The translations under genes and the position numbers were made by a program. DNA of 64,000 bases. It comes from Candidatus Dadabacteria bacterium. Its GTDB lineage: Bacteria > Desulfobacterota_D > UBA1144 > Nemesobacterales > CSP1-2. The notes under the pieces were generated by a model. It was not told the origin of the DNA. It worked only from the letters and a program-made list of their open reading frames with translations, and made no database searches. Location of the stretch: positions 663,605 through 727,604 of the forward strand of contig CAWDVW010000007.1 in NCBI GenBank assembly GCA_963805855.1, given 5' to 3'. Numbering within the stretch: position 1 is the first letter of the stretch; the number at the start of each line of letters is the position of its first letter. Below, piece by piece: positions 1 to 10,764 of this stretch.

Positions 1-36
1 AATTAAGACAGATTATCGACAACTTCTTATCATTGA

Positions 37-2058
37 TCATCCTGTTTTCGGAAGCAAATAAACCTGCTTCCGTATTGGATCTGCCTTCACTACGGTCAGC
101 TTCAATTGCTCGCCTTCGTTTAAAACCGTCTCCGAATTAAGAGAGATTGGTACTTCCAAAAGGTAATCCGGAAGATAAACAGAAGCACCGGAGCCGGTCA
201 AAGAGCTAATTATTCCCCTTATATCCTCTCCCTGAAGGTTTCTTATGTGTTTAAATACCCAGTACTTTTCTCTGGATTTTTCAACCATCTTTTTTTCACG
301 AAGCCCAAAATCAACGTAATGGAATATACTCTCGAGCTCTTCTATTGTGTAATACAACCCGCTTCCATCGAGAAAACTACACAATTGCCTTTGTAAAACC
401 AAATCTAGATATCTCCTGATGGGAGAGGTTATCTGTAAGTAGACATCCAACCCGAGTAGCATGTGCGGCTCCGGCGAGTTTCCAATTCTTGACGGTCTCA
501 GAAATCTCACCGCCCTCAAAGGGAACAACGGATCTTCTTCGTCAAGTTCCCTAGCTTCTTTAGATATAGGGTCTGGCTGAGAGCGAAAGATTGCAGGGAT
601 GTCATTTATCTTGAAAAACCTTGCTGCTAACCAATTCATGAGAATCATAAACTCGGTAACAACTCTGTGGGCGGTAGTATTCATATAATTCTTTCTAATT
701 TCTACCTTACCATTCTCATTTAACTTAATCTTCAGATCGGGAAGCTCCAGTATAAACGCACCCGATTCCACTCTTCTTTTTCTGAGGTTAAAAGCTATAT
801 CGATTAGTTTGGAGCCATTCTCATATCCGGATAAGGCTTCTTCCGCATTTTTGTAACTGAGATTTCGATGTACATGGATTTTCGATTTAGTAAACCTGTA
901 ATGCTTAATTTTTAAATTTTCGTCAAATAAGACCAGCAGTGAAATTGCTTTTTTTGGGGATCCCTCCGTGAGGCTGAATTTCGTACTTACCAAATTCAGC
1001 GGGAACATATGTATATTTCCTTCAGGGAGATAAATTGTTTCACCTCTGCTCTTTGCCTCTTCATCTAACTGACTCCATCTGGGCACATAACTAGCAACAT
1101 CAGAAATGTGAACACCAACAATAAATCCCTCAGAGACTCTCTGTATTGAAATAGCGTCGTCTATGTCAAGCGTGCCCTCATCATCAATAGTGAATGTTTC
1201 AACACTTGTTAGATCCTCCCTTCCTTCAAAACCAGCATTACGGTTTATAATCGCTGAAACTTCATCAGCTATGCGCTGGGAAAAACCGGCCTTGAGACCC
1301 AGCCTTTCAATCAAAGGATCTTCATCTTCATTCCACTTTCCGGCTTTTATAAGAAACTCGAGTGCATCTTCTATGCTTCTTATACCTATCTCAGAAAGAA
1401 ATGATTTGGCATCTGCGGATTTTTCATATCTCTCGAGATACACTACATATCCCTTGATCAGTTCAAGGTATCTTTCGGCAAATTTTGCTTCCGCCCCCTC
1501 TTCATCTACACCTTTTATGACACCCCTTGCCCACTTTACGGCCAACTCACGTTCAACACGCTTCTTCTTCTCAGTCTCCTTACGTTGAACCGCATCTTCT
1601 ACTTCCCCTGCCGTTCTGGGCGTATACCCACCGTCATCATTACTGAAATAAATGTCATCCTTTTCCAGTGCCCAAAAAAGCAGAAGTGCCTCATCGTCAC
1701 GAATGTTATCTTTATCACTTTCTCCAAAATAAATATCGACCATTTGCTCCAGGGTTAAAAGATTTGTAGATTCATAGACACATTCCCAGAGGGTTTTTAA
1801 ATCTACTGCTGCTTGGCTATCTTCGAGCTTTTTCCTGATCGTCCTAAGCCGGAGTTTTTTCTCTGAGAGAGTCAATTCATTCTCACACTTAATCCCTGTG
1901 GACAGCACTACCCTTCTCATATCCAGATCTAGCTCATTTCCGTCTTCTGTAAGTACCGATAGCTTCTCGGCGACATTTTTTCTTGCCAACCCCAATGAGA
2001 GATCCTTTCTTTTTCTGAATACAACCAACTCATGAACAACAGGATTCTTTCTAATCAT
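37..2058 (-). CDS. RNB-domain exoribonuclease (RNase II/R family)
   Basis: 673 aa; catalytic TFTIDDEGTLDIDDAIS motif, VHISDV, EFMILMN and TSPIRRYLDL; C-terminal S1-like region. Confidence 0.92.
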   Translation of the reverse strand: MIRKNPVVHELVVFRKRKDLSLGLARKNVAEKLSVLTEDGNELDLDMRRVVLSTGIKCENELTLSEKKLRLRTIRKKLEDSQAAVDLKTLWECVYESTNLLTLEQMVDIYFGESDKDNIRDDEALLLFWALEKDDIYFSNDDGGYTPRTAGEVEDAVQRKETEKKKRVERELAVKWARGVIKGVDEEGAEAKFAERYLELIKGYVVYLERYEKSADAKSFLSEIGIRSIEDALEFLIKAGKWNEDEDPLIERLGLKAGFSQRIADEVSAIINRNAGFEGREDLTSVETFTIDDEGTLDIDDAISIQRVSEGFIVGVHISDVASYVPRWSQLDEEAKSRGETIYLPEGNIHMFPLNLVSTKFSLTEGSPKKAISLLVLFDENLKIKHYRFTKSKIHVHRNLSYKNAEEALSGYENGSKLIDIAFNLRKRRVESGAFILELPDLKIKLNENGKVEIRKNYMNTTAHRVVTEFMILMNWLAARFFKINDIPAIFRSQPDPISKEARELDEEDPLFPLRAVRFLRPSRIGNSPEPHMLLGLDVYLQITSPIRRYLDLVLQRQLCSFLDGSGLYYTIEELESIFHYVDFGLREKKMVEKSREKYWVFKHIRNLQGEDIRGIISSLTGSGASVYLPDYLLEVPISLNSETVLNEGEQLKLTVVKADPIRKQVYLLPKTG

Positions 2059-2138
2059 CTTGCAATCTTACGAGAAACATTTTTTTGCTTATTTTACGAA
2101 GAAGATTCTTGTGCATACAAGATATTGCACTTTAAATC

Positions 2139-3752
2139 TTAAAAAGAAAGTGAGGATTTATACTCTAGTGCAACCCTTACAAAATCTCTAAAGAGGGGGC
2201 TTGGGTTTATTGGCGTAGACTTAAATTCCGGGTGAAACTGACATCCCACAAACCAAGGGTGGTTTTGTAACTCTATTATCTCCACTAATTTCCCATCCGG
2301 TGAAAGACCACTTAGAACCATACCATTCTTCTCGAAAATTTCCCGGTATTCATTATTAATTTCGTACCTATGTCTATGACGTTCAGATATCTCATCTGTC
2401 TTGTATGCGCTGTGTGCCAGTGTCCCTGATTTTAACGAGCAAACGTAAGCACCAAGCCTCATGGTGCCCCCTTTATCTTTTATCGACCTTTGTTGTTCCA
2501 TAAGGTCGACGACCGGGAAGGGTGCGTCAGGAGCAAACTCAATCGTATGGGCACCGGTCAGTCCACACATGTTTCTTGCGTATTCAACTACCGCCATCTG
2601 CATCCCGAGGCAGATTCCGAAAAAGGGCACCCTTCGTTCTCTGGCAAACGTCACTGCCTGGATTTTACCTTCGAAGCCCCTTGTACCGAATCCTCCGGGG
2701 ACCAAAATTCCATGCACGTCACCAAGCAATGATTCCGTTCCATCTGATTCGATTTCCTCAGAGTCCACGTATTTAACGTTAACCCGTGAATCATTTGCTA
2801 TCCCACTATGCGATAACGCTTCATGAAGGCTCTTATAAGAATCATTATGACTTACATATTTACCCACAACCCCAATCGTTACATCCGACTTCGGGTTTTT
2901 GAGTTTTTCAACTATCTCTTTCCATTTCTTTATATCTGGTTTTCTGGTCCACATATTTAAAGATTCAACTATTATCTCATCAAGCCCTTCCCTGTGGAAA
3001 ATTAAGGGGACCTCGTAAATCGTATCAACATCTTTTGCACTTATGACAGCTTGAATCTTTACATTGCAAAAAAGCGCAATCTTCTCTTTTATAGCATTTG
3101 GAAGAAATCTATCGGTTCTGCAGAGTAGCACATCTGGCTGAATTCCAATCTGAAGCAAGTCTTTAACGCTATGTTGCGTTGGCTTGGTCTTCAGCTCTCC
3201 CGCTGGAGCTACAAAAGGCACATACGTAAGATGAACAAAGAGGGTATTCACCCGTCCCAGGTCAGCCCTTAACTGCCTTACGGCTTCAAGAAACGGGAGA
3301 CTTTCTATATCTCCCACGGTTCCTCCAATTTCTACAATTACAACATCTACGTCTTTTGCTATATCCAGTATGCAAGATTTAATTTCATCTGTTATATGTG
3401 GGATTACCTGAACGGTAGCACCTAGATATTCACCTTCCCGTTCCTTGGTTATTACAGAATTATATATCTGCCCAGATGTAAAATTGTTCTTGCTTGTGAG
3501 ATTTGCATGAGTAAAACGCTGATAGTGTCCAAGGTCTAAATCTGTTTCTGCGCCGTCATCGGTAACATAAACTTCGCCATGCTGTAATGGATTCATGGTA
3601 CCTGGATCGATGTTCAGATAGGGATCGAGTTTTTGAAGTGTCACCCTCAATCCACGGCTCTCAAGAAGTGCACCAATGGATGCGGCTGCGAGGCCTTTCC
3701 CAAGGGAGGACATCACACCGCCTGTCACAAAAATAAATTTTGTCTTTTTCAT
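2139..3752 (-). CDS. pyrG: CTP synthase
   Basis: [35 protein letters not shown] and GCQFHPEF. Confidence 0.99.
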   Translation of the reverse strand: MKKTKFIFVTGGVMSSLGKGLAAASIGALLESRGLRVTLQKLDPYLNIDPGTMNPLQHGEVYVTDDGAETDLDLGHYQRFTHANLTSKNNFTSGQIYNSVITKEREGEYLGATVQVIPHITDEIKSCILDIAKDVDVVIVEIGGTVGDIESLPFLEAVRQLRADLGRVNTLFVHLTYVPFVAPAGELKTKPTQHSVKDLLQIGIQPDVLLCRTDRFLPNAIKEKIALFCNVKIQAVISAKDVDTIYEVPLIFHREGLDEIIVESLNMWTRKPDIKKWKEIVEKLKNPKSDVTIGVVGKYVSHNDSYKSLHEALSHSGIANDSRVNVKYVDSEEIESDGTESLLGDVHGILVPGGFGTRGFEGKIQAVTFARERRVPFFGICLGMQMAVVEYARNMCGLTGAHTIEFAPDAPFPVVDLMEQQRSIKDKGGTMRLGAYVCSLKSGTLAHSAYKTDEISERHRHRYEINNEYREIFEKNGMVLSGLSPDGKLVEIIELQNHPWFVGCQFHPEFKSTPINPSPLFRDFVRVALEYKSSLSF

Positions 3753-3896
3753 TAGGCCTTATGCAAATTGTGAAGTAGATTGCCACCGTATACAGCAACT
3801 AACATTAATATATTCAATACTAAAAAATCATGCAAATCGTTGCATTTAAACCGAATCAAATCACGATCTACTAAAATCGGCATCGCAAATTAGAGA

Positions 3897-4502
3897 CTAC
3901 TCACATAGAAGCTTCTTTAGATCTCTTACCGCCCGCGCCCTGTGGCTTATCTGATTTTTTTCATCTAAGGTGAGTTCAGCCATGGTTTTATTTAAATCTT
4001 TTGAGAAGAAGACAGGATCGTAGCCAAACCCGCTGGTACCTCTAGGCTTATGAAGAATTATTCCTTCGCACCGGCCTTCAGCTATCACCTGTCTTCCATC
4101 TGGAAAAACCAGGGCAAGGCTACAGACAAAGCAGGCCTTTCTATTGGGTTTATTAATCAGTTGCAAGAGTAGTTTCGCGATGTTTTCTTCATCACTTGAT
4201 CTCTCTCCTGCAAATCTTGACGAAAAAATTCCCGGTTTGCCGTCGAGGACTTCGACTTCAAGTCCGGAATCATCGGCTAGACATATTTTATCTGTCAGTA
4301 AACTTATATGACGCGCCTTCTTAATAGCATTCTCCGAGTAAGTATTCCCATCTTCGATTACATTGTATACAGAATCTAACTCGCACAAGGAGGACATTTT
4401 CTTTACGAGGCCTCCCAGCAGTATCTTGAATTCTTTGATCTTTCCTGCGTTTCTAGAAGCGAGTATGACTTCGTCCAGCATGATTGTAAATTGATCCGAC
4501 AA
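3897..4502 (-). CDS. rdgB: Non-canonical purine NTP pyrophosphatase (XTP/dITP diphosphatase); alternative ATG start at 4481
   Basis: ASRNAGKIKE, LADDSGL, GFGYDPVF and SHR motifs; directly follows rph. Confidence 0.95.
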   Translation of the reverse strand: MSDQFTIMLDEVILASRNAGKIKEFKILLGGLVKKMSSLCELDSVYNVIEDGNTYSENAIKKARHISLLTDKICLADDSGLEVEVLDGKPGIFSSRFAGERSSDEENIAKLLLQLINKPNRKACFVCSLALVFPDGRQVIAEGRCEGIILHKPRGTSGFGYDPVFFSKDLNKTMAELTLDEKNQISHRARAVRDLKKLLCE

Positions 4503-4513
4503 TATTTCTCTCT

Positions 4514-5230
4514 TTACTGAGAAATCGCCTCTTTCTGTTTTCTAATGATCCTTGTAATACCATTTCCTGCAAGATTCAACATTATATCTAACTGCTCCTT
4601 GCTGAATGGTTCTTTTTCCGATGTACCCTGAATCTCGACTATTTTCCCCGATCCAGTCATGGCGACATTCATATCCACCTCGGCGATTGAATCTTCCTCA
4701 TAACAAAGATCTAGTATAGGTTTACCTTTCACCAGACCCACACTGACAGCAGCAATGAAATCATTAATCGGGTTTTCGGATATGAGACCCCGTTCTAATA
4801 GATTAAAAACTGCATATGTGAGAGCAACAAAGGCACCGTTTATCGAAGCGGTTCGCGTGCCACCATCAGCTTGAACCACGTCGCAGTCGAGTATAATCGA
4901 TCTTTCCCCGAGTTTATTAAGATCTACTACCGCCCTGATTGCTCGTCCGATTATTCGCTGAATCTCCTGTGATCTACCACCCACCCTACCCCTAACAGAA
5001 TCCCGGGTTGTTCTCGTTTTTGTGGCTCTGGGCAACATAGAGTACTCGCTAGTTATCCATCCCGTACCGGTCCCTTTGAGAAAATTTGGAACACCTTCCT
5101 CTACCGATCCCGAACACAAAACCTTAGTATCTCCCATTTCGATGAATGCCTCACCTTCTGCATACTTCATATTTCCCCTAGTTATTCTCAATGGCCTCAT
5201 CTCATTCCACTTTCTTCTGTCTGGACGCAT
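4514..5230 (-). CDS. rph: Ribonuclease PH
   Basis: [30 protein letters not shown] and LDLCYEED. Confidence 0.98.
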   Translation of the reverse strand: MRPDRRKWNEMRPLRITRGNMKYAEGEAFIEMGDTKVLCSGSVEEGVPNFLKGTGTGWITSEYSMLPRATKTRTTRDSVRGRVGGRSQEIQRIIGRAIRAVVDLNKLGERSIILDCDVVQADGGTRTASINGAFVALTYAVFNLLERGLISENPINDFIAAVSVGLVKGKPILDLCYEEDSIAEVDMNVAMTGSGKIVEIQGTSEKEPFSKEQLDIMLNLAGNGITRIIRKQKEAISQ

Positions 5231-5332
5231 GACCCTAATTTACCTTCTACAAGATCTAATTTTCACGAAATAATAACATATTAGTTTGACATAAATCAGG
5301 AAATCTCTCTGTTGGAATTATTCATAATAAAG

Positions 5333-5360
5333 GTGGAGACGCAAATTTTTGCGTCTCTAC
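5333..5360. repeat. GTAG-type REP-like palindrome downstream of tmRNA; may act as terminator
   Basis: GTGGAGACGCAAATTTTTGCGTCTCTAC, a near-perfect palindrome. Confidence 0.7.
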
Positions 5361-5436
5361 TACAAAAGATAAATCATTATCGCGATTATGGAATTTTGAA
5401 ATTCCTATAAACTTATTAAAAGTAGGATATTAATAC

Positions 5437-5793
5437 TGGTGGAGGCGCTGGGAATCGAACCCAGGTCCGAGAAAGAGCTTCACCCAGCTTCTACATGTTT
5501 AGCCCAGCATTCTTTTCTCAAAGTGAAATCTCCGATGGGCAGGACTTTCACTTCCAGCTTGAGAATTTGCTTCATCAGTTTATGTCTCAAGCACCAGCAA
5601 CTGACTAACCCGTCTAGTCGGCGCCTCATAAAAACCCAACGGGTGAGGCTTTTACAGACGTCACAGCTCTATTTAGGCTGCGAGTGCATTAATTGGTTCG
5701 GCACTTATACGTGCTCTGCCATTTTTACGAGTTAACAGAAGCTCGACATGCTGCTCAAGCTATCCCATTCCCCGTCGAAGCCATTTCGCCCCC
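5437..5793 (-). ncRNA. ssrA: tmRNA; tag reading frame 5702-5673 encodes AEPINALAA*
   Basis: Minus strand begins GGGGGCGAAATGGCTTCGAC and ends GGTTCGATTCCCAGCGCCTCCACCA (G3.U alanine acceptor stem); resume codon GCC after ATAAGT; 357 nt; downstream of smpB. Confidence 0.98.
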
Positions 5794-5923
5794 AATTTTG
5801 AAAGAACAATAAGCAAATTCCAAATCTCAAATTAAGAAAATCATTTACGCCGATCTTTATTTGTAATTTGGAGCTTGCAACTTAATATTCAACGTACAAG
5901 TATAACTATTGTCAAAAGCAAAC

Positions 5924-6373
5924 TCAATAACGTTTCTTTAAAGCCTTTTCTACCTCTCTTTCTGCGTCGCGCCGCTTTATATCCTCTCGTCTGTCAAATG
6001 ATCTTTTTCCCTTAGCAAGGCCCAACTCAACTTTTGCAAGGCCATTTGTGAAATAGATCTTAACGGGTATCAATGTATAACCCCTTATCCGTACCTTTCC
6101 AATGAGTCGATTAATCTCGCTTCTATGAAGTAGTAATTTCCTATCCCTCTCCGGTTCGTGATTAAATATGTTCGCACTTTCGTAAGGGGCTATATAACTG
6201 TTGATTAAAAACAACTCATCACCTCTTACGATTGCAAAGCTCTCTTTAATACTCGCCTTTCCATCGCGCAGAGATTTAACCTCCGAACCCATAAGTTCTA
6301 TTCCAGTTTCATACCTTTCCTCAAGAAAGAAGTCTCTATGCGCTTTGGGATTCTTACAAACGATCTTTTGCAT
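5924..6373 (-). CDS. smpB: SsrA-binding protein
   Basis: GIELMGSEVKSLR, RKLLLHRSEI and GLAKGK. Confidence 0.98.
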   Translation of the reverse strand: MQKIVCKNPKAHRDFFLEERYETGIELMGSEVKSLRDGKASIKESFAIVRGDELFLINSYIAPYESANIFNHEPERDRKLLLHRSEINRLIGKVRIRGYTLIPVKIYFTNGLAKVELGLAKGKRSFDRREDIKRRDAEREVEKALKKRY

Positions 6374-6671
6374 AAAATTAATATAATGATTGGATTATTG
6401 AATTCAATTTCCCGACTTTTCCGCGACTTGAAAATCAATCCTATTGTGAGAGATGCTGTCTATGAGAGAATCGTTTTTCAAAACCAGTATTGAAACGCAG
6501 ATGTGTTCCCTGAAATTAGAAGAAAACCTTTTCATTAAAAACGGAGCTCTTTGATTCCTCGTTAATTATATCACAGCCCACAAGGGGATCGGCCAAACTG
6601 TTAATTAGTATAGCAATATTAACAGTCAGTTACAAATATACATTAGAGTAACTTCTTAGATGTTCCACGAA

Positions 6672-7121
6672 TCAAAAAACCTTGTTACTATCCAATAACA
6701 ATGTGACAGGCCCTGAATTTATCAGATTTACATCCATCACTGCCCCAAATCTACCGGTTTCGACTTTCATCCCCTTTTTCCTTATTTCTTCTACAAAAAG
6801 ATCATATAGACTCACTGCAAGTTCGGGGGCAGCGGCTTCATCAAAAGATGGTCTCCTCCCCTTCCTGCAGTCACCATAGAGCGTAAATTGGGAGACCACC
6901 AAGATCTCACCGCCTTTATCCATAATTGACAGGTTCATTCTTCCCGCATGATCTTCAAAAATTCTTAAACCCAAAACCTTCTCAACCAGGTATTCGACGT
7001 CCTCAATTGAATCATCACTTTTAATTCCCAATAGCAGAAGTAATCCCTCCCTGATCCTTCCCACGAGTTCTCTGTCAACTTCTACTCGAGCGTGTTTAAC
7101 CCTCTGTACAACCAGTCGCAT
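6672..7121 (-). CDS. dtd: D-aminoacyl-tRNA deacylase
   Basis: [23 protein letters not shown] and NSGPVT. Confidence 0.98.
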   Translation of the reverse strand: MRLVVQRVKHARVEVDRELVGRIREGLLLLLGIKSDDSIEDVEYLVEKVLGLRIFEDHAGRMNLSIMDKGGEILVVSQFTLYGDCRKGRRPSFDEAAAPELAVSLYDLFVEEIRKKGMKVETGRFGAVMDVNLINSGPVTLLLDSNKVF

Positions 7122-7210
7122 GGTGCTATACCTGATTCAATATAAGTAGAATTTCCGAATTAAAAAATTTAATTAACACACAAGATGTCAGTTCCACGAT
7201 ATTTTAATAT

Positions 7211-8164
7211 CTATTGTTCACCCTCTTTAACTATGTTCAATAGTTTTTCAATACTTCTATCATCCACGACAGACGATAGATAGGATAATAATTCGGAAAG
7301 TCTGTCTGAGGTTCCAAAGGTCAATCTGATTTCCAGATCATTACCTTCAAAGAAAGGGGAATGATATAAAGTAATACCTTTAGGAAGATTAAAACCACTT
7401 AGGCATGTCTTATAGTTTTCTTCAACTTTACTCAAGGTAGGGTATCTCAATCTTCTTAGTGCATGTCTAAACTCGTTCTTTCCTCCGGACCCGCCTATTT
7501 CAGATGAGATGCGGTCGATTATTTTACCAAGCGACACTTTGTCCCTTGAGGCCACTGCCACTAAATCTCTGATCATTTCTCTTGTTTCATTGTTGTTAAA
7601 CTTAAACCTCTTAAGGATCCTCCTAAGAATTTCAAGCCTTTTATCCCCATCCACTTCACTTAACGAGACGACCTGCTCTAACGAGATCTTTTCTGTATAG
7701 CAAGCCTCCTTAATTTCGCTCTCCAGGCCTGTCAAAGACATGTATCTTTCAAGATTTTTTCTTGTAGCTCCAATCCCGATCAGTGGAAGGACTTTCTGAA
7801 TTAGGTCATCGTCATTTAAATCGCATAAGAGCTTGAATTTGAAGATTAGCTCGGCCTTATCGATTTCATTTAATCTTTGCTGATTTTCATAAAGTACAAA
7901 TTGTAGACAATCCTCATCCGACAACTCGTCCATCTCATATACAATGGATGGAATTTCATCGCAGCCTAGCTGCTTACAAACCTTGATCCGTCTCCATCCG
8001 CATATGATTTGATATTTGTCCCCATTCCTTCTTAAGGACGGCGGATTTATTATCCCAACTTCCTCAATGGAATTTAGAATACCAGTGTAATCGTCTGAAG
8101 AGCCAATTAAAAATATCTTATCATGAAAATCTAACGCTGATATTTGAACGGCTTCAAACTTCAT
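7211..8164 (-). CDS. ParB/Srx N-terminal-domain protein
   Basis: SIEEVGIINPP...YQIICGWRR and EN motifs of the ParB N-domain; abuts the mlaD stop codon. Confidence 0.75.
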   Translation of the reverse strand: MKFEAVQISALDFHDKIFLIGSSDDYTGILNSIEEVGIINPPSLRRNGDKYQIICGWRRIKVCKQLGCDEIPSIVYEMDELSDEDCLQFVLYENQQRLNEIDKAELIFKFKLLCDLNDDDLIQKVLPLIGIGATRKNLERYMSLTGLESEIKEACYTEKISLEQVVSLSEVDGDKRLEILRRILKRFKFNNNETREMIRDLVAVASRDKVSLGKIIDRISSEIGGSGGKNEFRHALRRLRYPTLSKVEENYKTCLSGFNLPKGITLYHSPFFEGNDLEIRLTFGTSDRLSELLSYLSSVVDDRSIEKLLNIVKEGEQ

Positions 8165-9157
8165 TTAAAAGAGTGTGATCACACCTATAGAAGTCCCAAT
8201 TATACTTAGCGGAGCCAAATCTACGGCGGTGTCAATTCCCTTATCAACCTTCTTTAATGTGTTCTGGGCATCAAAATACAGGGAGTCGTCGTTTACGAGC
8301 CTACCCAGCGTCCCTTGTCCGCTATTGATCTTTTTCAGCACTGAGTTGAGGTTTGTAGCAGCTTCATTAGCCTGATTATAAAGCGAGTCGTCATTCAGCA
8401 ACTTTCCCAGCGTTCCCTTCGAAGTACTAAGGCTATCACTAAGCTTAGCAAGATTAGACATTGCTGACTTGGTTTCATCAAAGAGGGACGAGTCAGTCAC
8501 AAGTTTTCCCAAAGTTCCCTTTCCTTCCTTTACGGATGATGAAATGTCGTTAATATTAGCCAAAGCTCCTTTGGCTTCTTCATAAAGGTCATCGTCTTTC
8601 AGGAGTCTTCCTAGTGTTCCTTTTCCTTCTGATAGATCCCCGAGGACTGAATCAACGTTATTTATGATCTTGGTAATCTGTTCCTTGTTTTCACCTAATA
8701 CATCAAAAGCTGCAAATGCCGAATCCAAAGAGCTAACAGCAGACTCCACCTTTACGAGGATTTCATTGATATCCGCTGGTTCCTGACTGGCAATAACTGA
8801 TCCAGGGGTCGCCACAGGGCTTTCGGGAGACCCGAACGAAATGTTGACATAGCTAGTTCCAAGAAGCCCTGTGAGCTTTATAGTTGCTACGGAATCTTTT
8901 TTAATAATCACTCCCTCTTTAACGCTCATAAGAACCTCTATCCTGTCATCTGCTATTTTTATCTTGGAGATAGTACCGATGTCTACCCCGTTGAGCTTAA
9001 CAGGATTTCCCTCCTTGAGTTCGTCTACTGACTGGAAATAGGTTTTGAGTGCGTATTCGCCCCCAATGAATGGTATCCCTCCAATAAATTCAAATATGGC
9101 GAGAAGAATAAGCAAACCTACAATAAAAAAGACGCCCACTTTAATCTCTGTGCTCAT
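8165..9157 (-). CDS. mlaD: MlaD/MCE family protein with long repeated helical tail
   Basis: N-terminal TM helix; MCE domain (LKEGNPVKLNGVDIG, GLLGTSYVNI); four GxGTLG(R/K)L..DxxL(Y/F) repeats. Confidence 0.88.
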   Translation of the reverse strand: MSTEIKVGVFFIVGLLILLAIFEFIGGIPFIGGEYALKTYFQSVDELKEGNPVKLNGVDIGTISKIKIADDRIEVLMSVKEGVIIKKDSVATIKLTGLLGTSYVNISFGSPESPVATPGSVIASQEPADINEILVKVESAVSSLDSAFAAFDVLGENKEQITKIINNVDSVLGDLSEGKGTLGRLLKDDDLYEEAKGALANINDISSSVKEGKGTLGKLVTDSSLFDETKSAMSNLAKLSDSLSTSKGTLGKLLNDDSLYNQANEAATNLNSVLKKINSGQGTLGRLVNDDSLYFDAQNTLKKVDKGIDTAVDLAPLSIIGTSIGVITLF

Positions 9158-9984
9158 GAACTATTACCTCCCTGTGGTCTTTCAAACTGCTCTCTTATAA
9201 ATGACTGAACCATCGGATTTGTACTCCTTTTTATGTCTTCGGGTGAGCCGACTTCTATTATCAGCCCCTCGCTTAAGAGAGCGATTCTATCTGCTATGTG
9301 AAACGCTAAATCAATATCATGTGTTACAACTATCTGAGTAACCTCAACGTGCTCTCTGAGACTCAGAATAAGATCACCAATAGTTCTGGTCATCATCGGG
9401 TCGAGCCCTGAGGTAGGTTCATCAAAAAGAACGAGTTCCGGATTCATAACTAAGGCTCGTGCTATAGCAACCCTTCTTCTCATTCCCCCACTTAACTCAC
9501 TAGGCATATTTGTTTCCTTCCCATCTAAACCAACAATTGATAGAGAATCGGAAACGATTCTATCTATCTTCGCTTCTTCCCTGAATACCTTATGCTCTCT
9601 AAGATAAAGGGCGATATTTTCTTTAACCGAAAGCGAATTAAATAGCGCAGAAGACTGAAAAACAATTGCTATCCTGTGTTTCTTACGGAAATCAGGATTG
9701 TCAATATCCTCGCCGTTGATATAAATGTTTCCAGAGTCAGGCTTCTCCAAGCCGATAATATGCCTGAGCAGTATAGTCTTTCCCGAACCGCTCTTCCCCA
9801 GGATTACGATAGTTTCACCTGGTATTATATCGAGGTCTATCCCCTTTAGGACATGGTTATCACCAAAGGATTTTTCTAACCTTTCTATTTTAACACCCAC
9901 AGTCGTGCTTTCTAAATAATCATGTAAAAAATTTCCCCGCCCTTTCAATTTGTCCTGATCAAGAAGATGTTGCTTTGTTGCCAT
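9154..9984 (-). CDS. mlaF: MlaF/Mkl-type ABC ATPase
   Basis: GKSGSGKT, PSELSGGMRRRVA, LFDEPTSGLDP and VTHD. Confidence 0.9.
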   Translation of the reverse strand: MATKQHLLDQDKLKGRGNFLHDYLESTTVGVKIERLEKSFGDNHVLKGIDLDIIPGETIVILGKSGSGKTILLRHIIGLEKPDSGNIYINGEDIDNPDFRKKHRIAIVFQSSALFNSLSVKENIALYLREHKVFREEAKIDRIVSDSLSIVGLDGKETNMPSELSGGMRRRVAIARALVMNPELVLFDEPTSGLDPMMTRTIGDLILSLREHVEVTQIVVTHDIDLAFHIADRIALLSEGLIIEVGSPEDIKRSTNPMVQSFIREQFERPQGGNSS

Positions 9985-9996
9985 TGTCTTCTAATG

Positions 9997-10764
9997 TTAA
10001 TCTAATCCGAATACAATTAAAAGCCTCGAAATAAAATAATCAGAGACCAATATCAATATAAAGGATAGCACTACTGCTTTTGTAACCGAAGTCCCGATTT
10101 CCCTGGGGCCACCCTTTGTTTTAAGTCCAACATAACAACATACAATAGATATAATCACTCCAAATATCATTGCCTTGATTAAACCATTAATTATATCTAA
10201 AGGTTCTATTAGCTCAGAAAGATTTCTATAATAGATCTGGAAAGAAATATTTATCTCGGGATTTACTGCCGAAACGATAGCCCCACCAAACCAGCCTATG
10301 AGATCCATGTATATAACTAATAGGGGAAGAGCAATCATACTGGCAAGAAACCTGGGCATCACTAGAAAACGCACAGGGTTAATATCCATGGTTTTGAGTG
10401 CGTCAATTTCTTCGTAAACACTCATAGAGCCTATTTCTGCCGTCATAGCGGATCCGACTCTACCTGCCACGAGAATAGAAGCCATTACCGGCCCCAATTC
10501 CTTCACCAGTGACAGACCAACCAAGCCGCCAATGTTCTCTTGAACGCCGAACTGCGCCAGGGTTGGTCCCGTTTGCAAAGCTAGAACAGCCCCAATAAAA
10601 AGGGAAATTAGCGCCGCCACGGGAAGGGTGTGATTTCCTATCTCACGAATTTGAGCGAATACCTTTTCCCGATTACCTATCGCGGCTTTACACCAAAAGA
10701 TGCTTTCCATGAAAAGTGTCAGGATTTCACCTGTGGTTTGAAAAAAGGTAGTTATACTGTTCAC
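9997..10764 (-). CDS. mlaE: MlaE-type ABC permease
   Basis: KELGPV, AGRVGSAMTAEIGSM, EEIDAL and PRFLA. Confidence 0.92.
   Translation of the reverse strand: MNSITTFFQTTGEILTLFMESIFWCKAAIGNREKVFAQIREIGNHTLPVAALISLFIGAVLALQTGPTLAQFGVQENIGGLVGLSLVKELGPVMASILVAGRVGSAMTAEIGSMSVYEEIDALKTMDINPVRFLVMPRFLASMIALPLLVIYMDLIGWFGGAIVSAVNPEINISFQIYYRNLSELIEPLDIINGLIKAMIFGVIISIVCCYVGLKTKGGPREIGTSVTKAVVLSFILILVSDYFISRLLIVFGLD

Noticed and set aside
5439-5735. 98-aa plus-strand ORF
   Set aside because: Antisense shadow of the tmRNA gene.
6390-6670. Possible ncRNA or 33-aa ORF between dtd and smpB
   Set aside because: No recognisable RNA family motif, convincing long stem or RBS.
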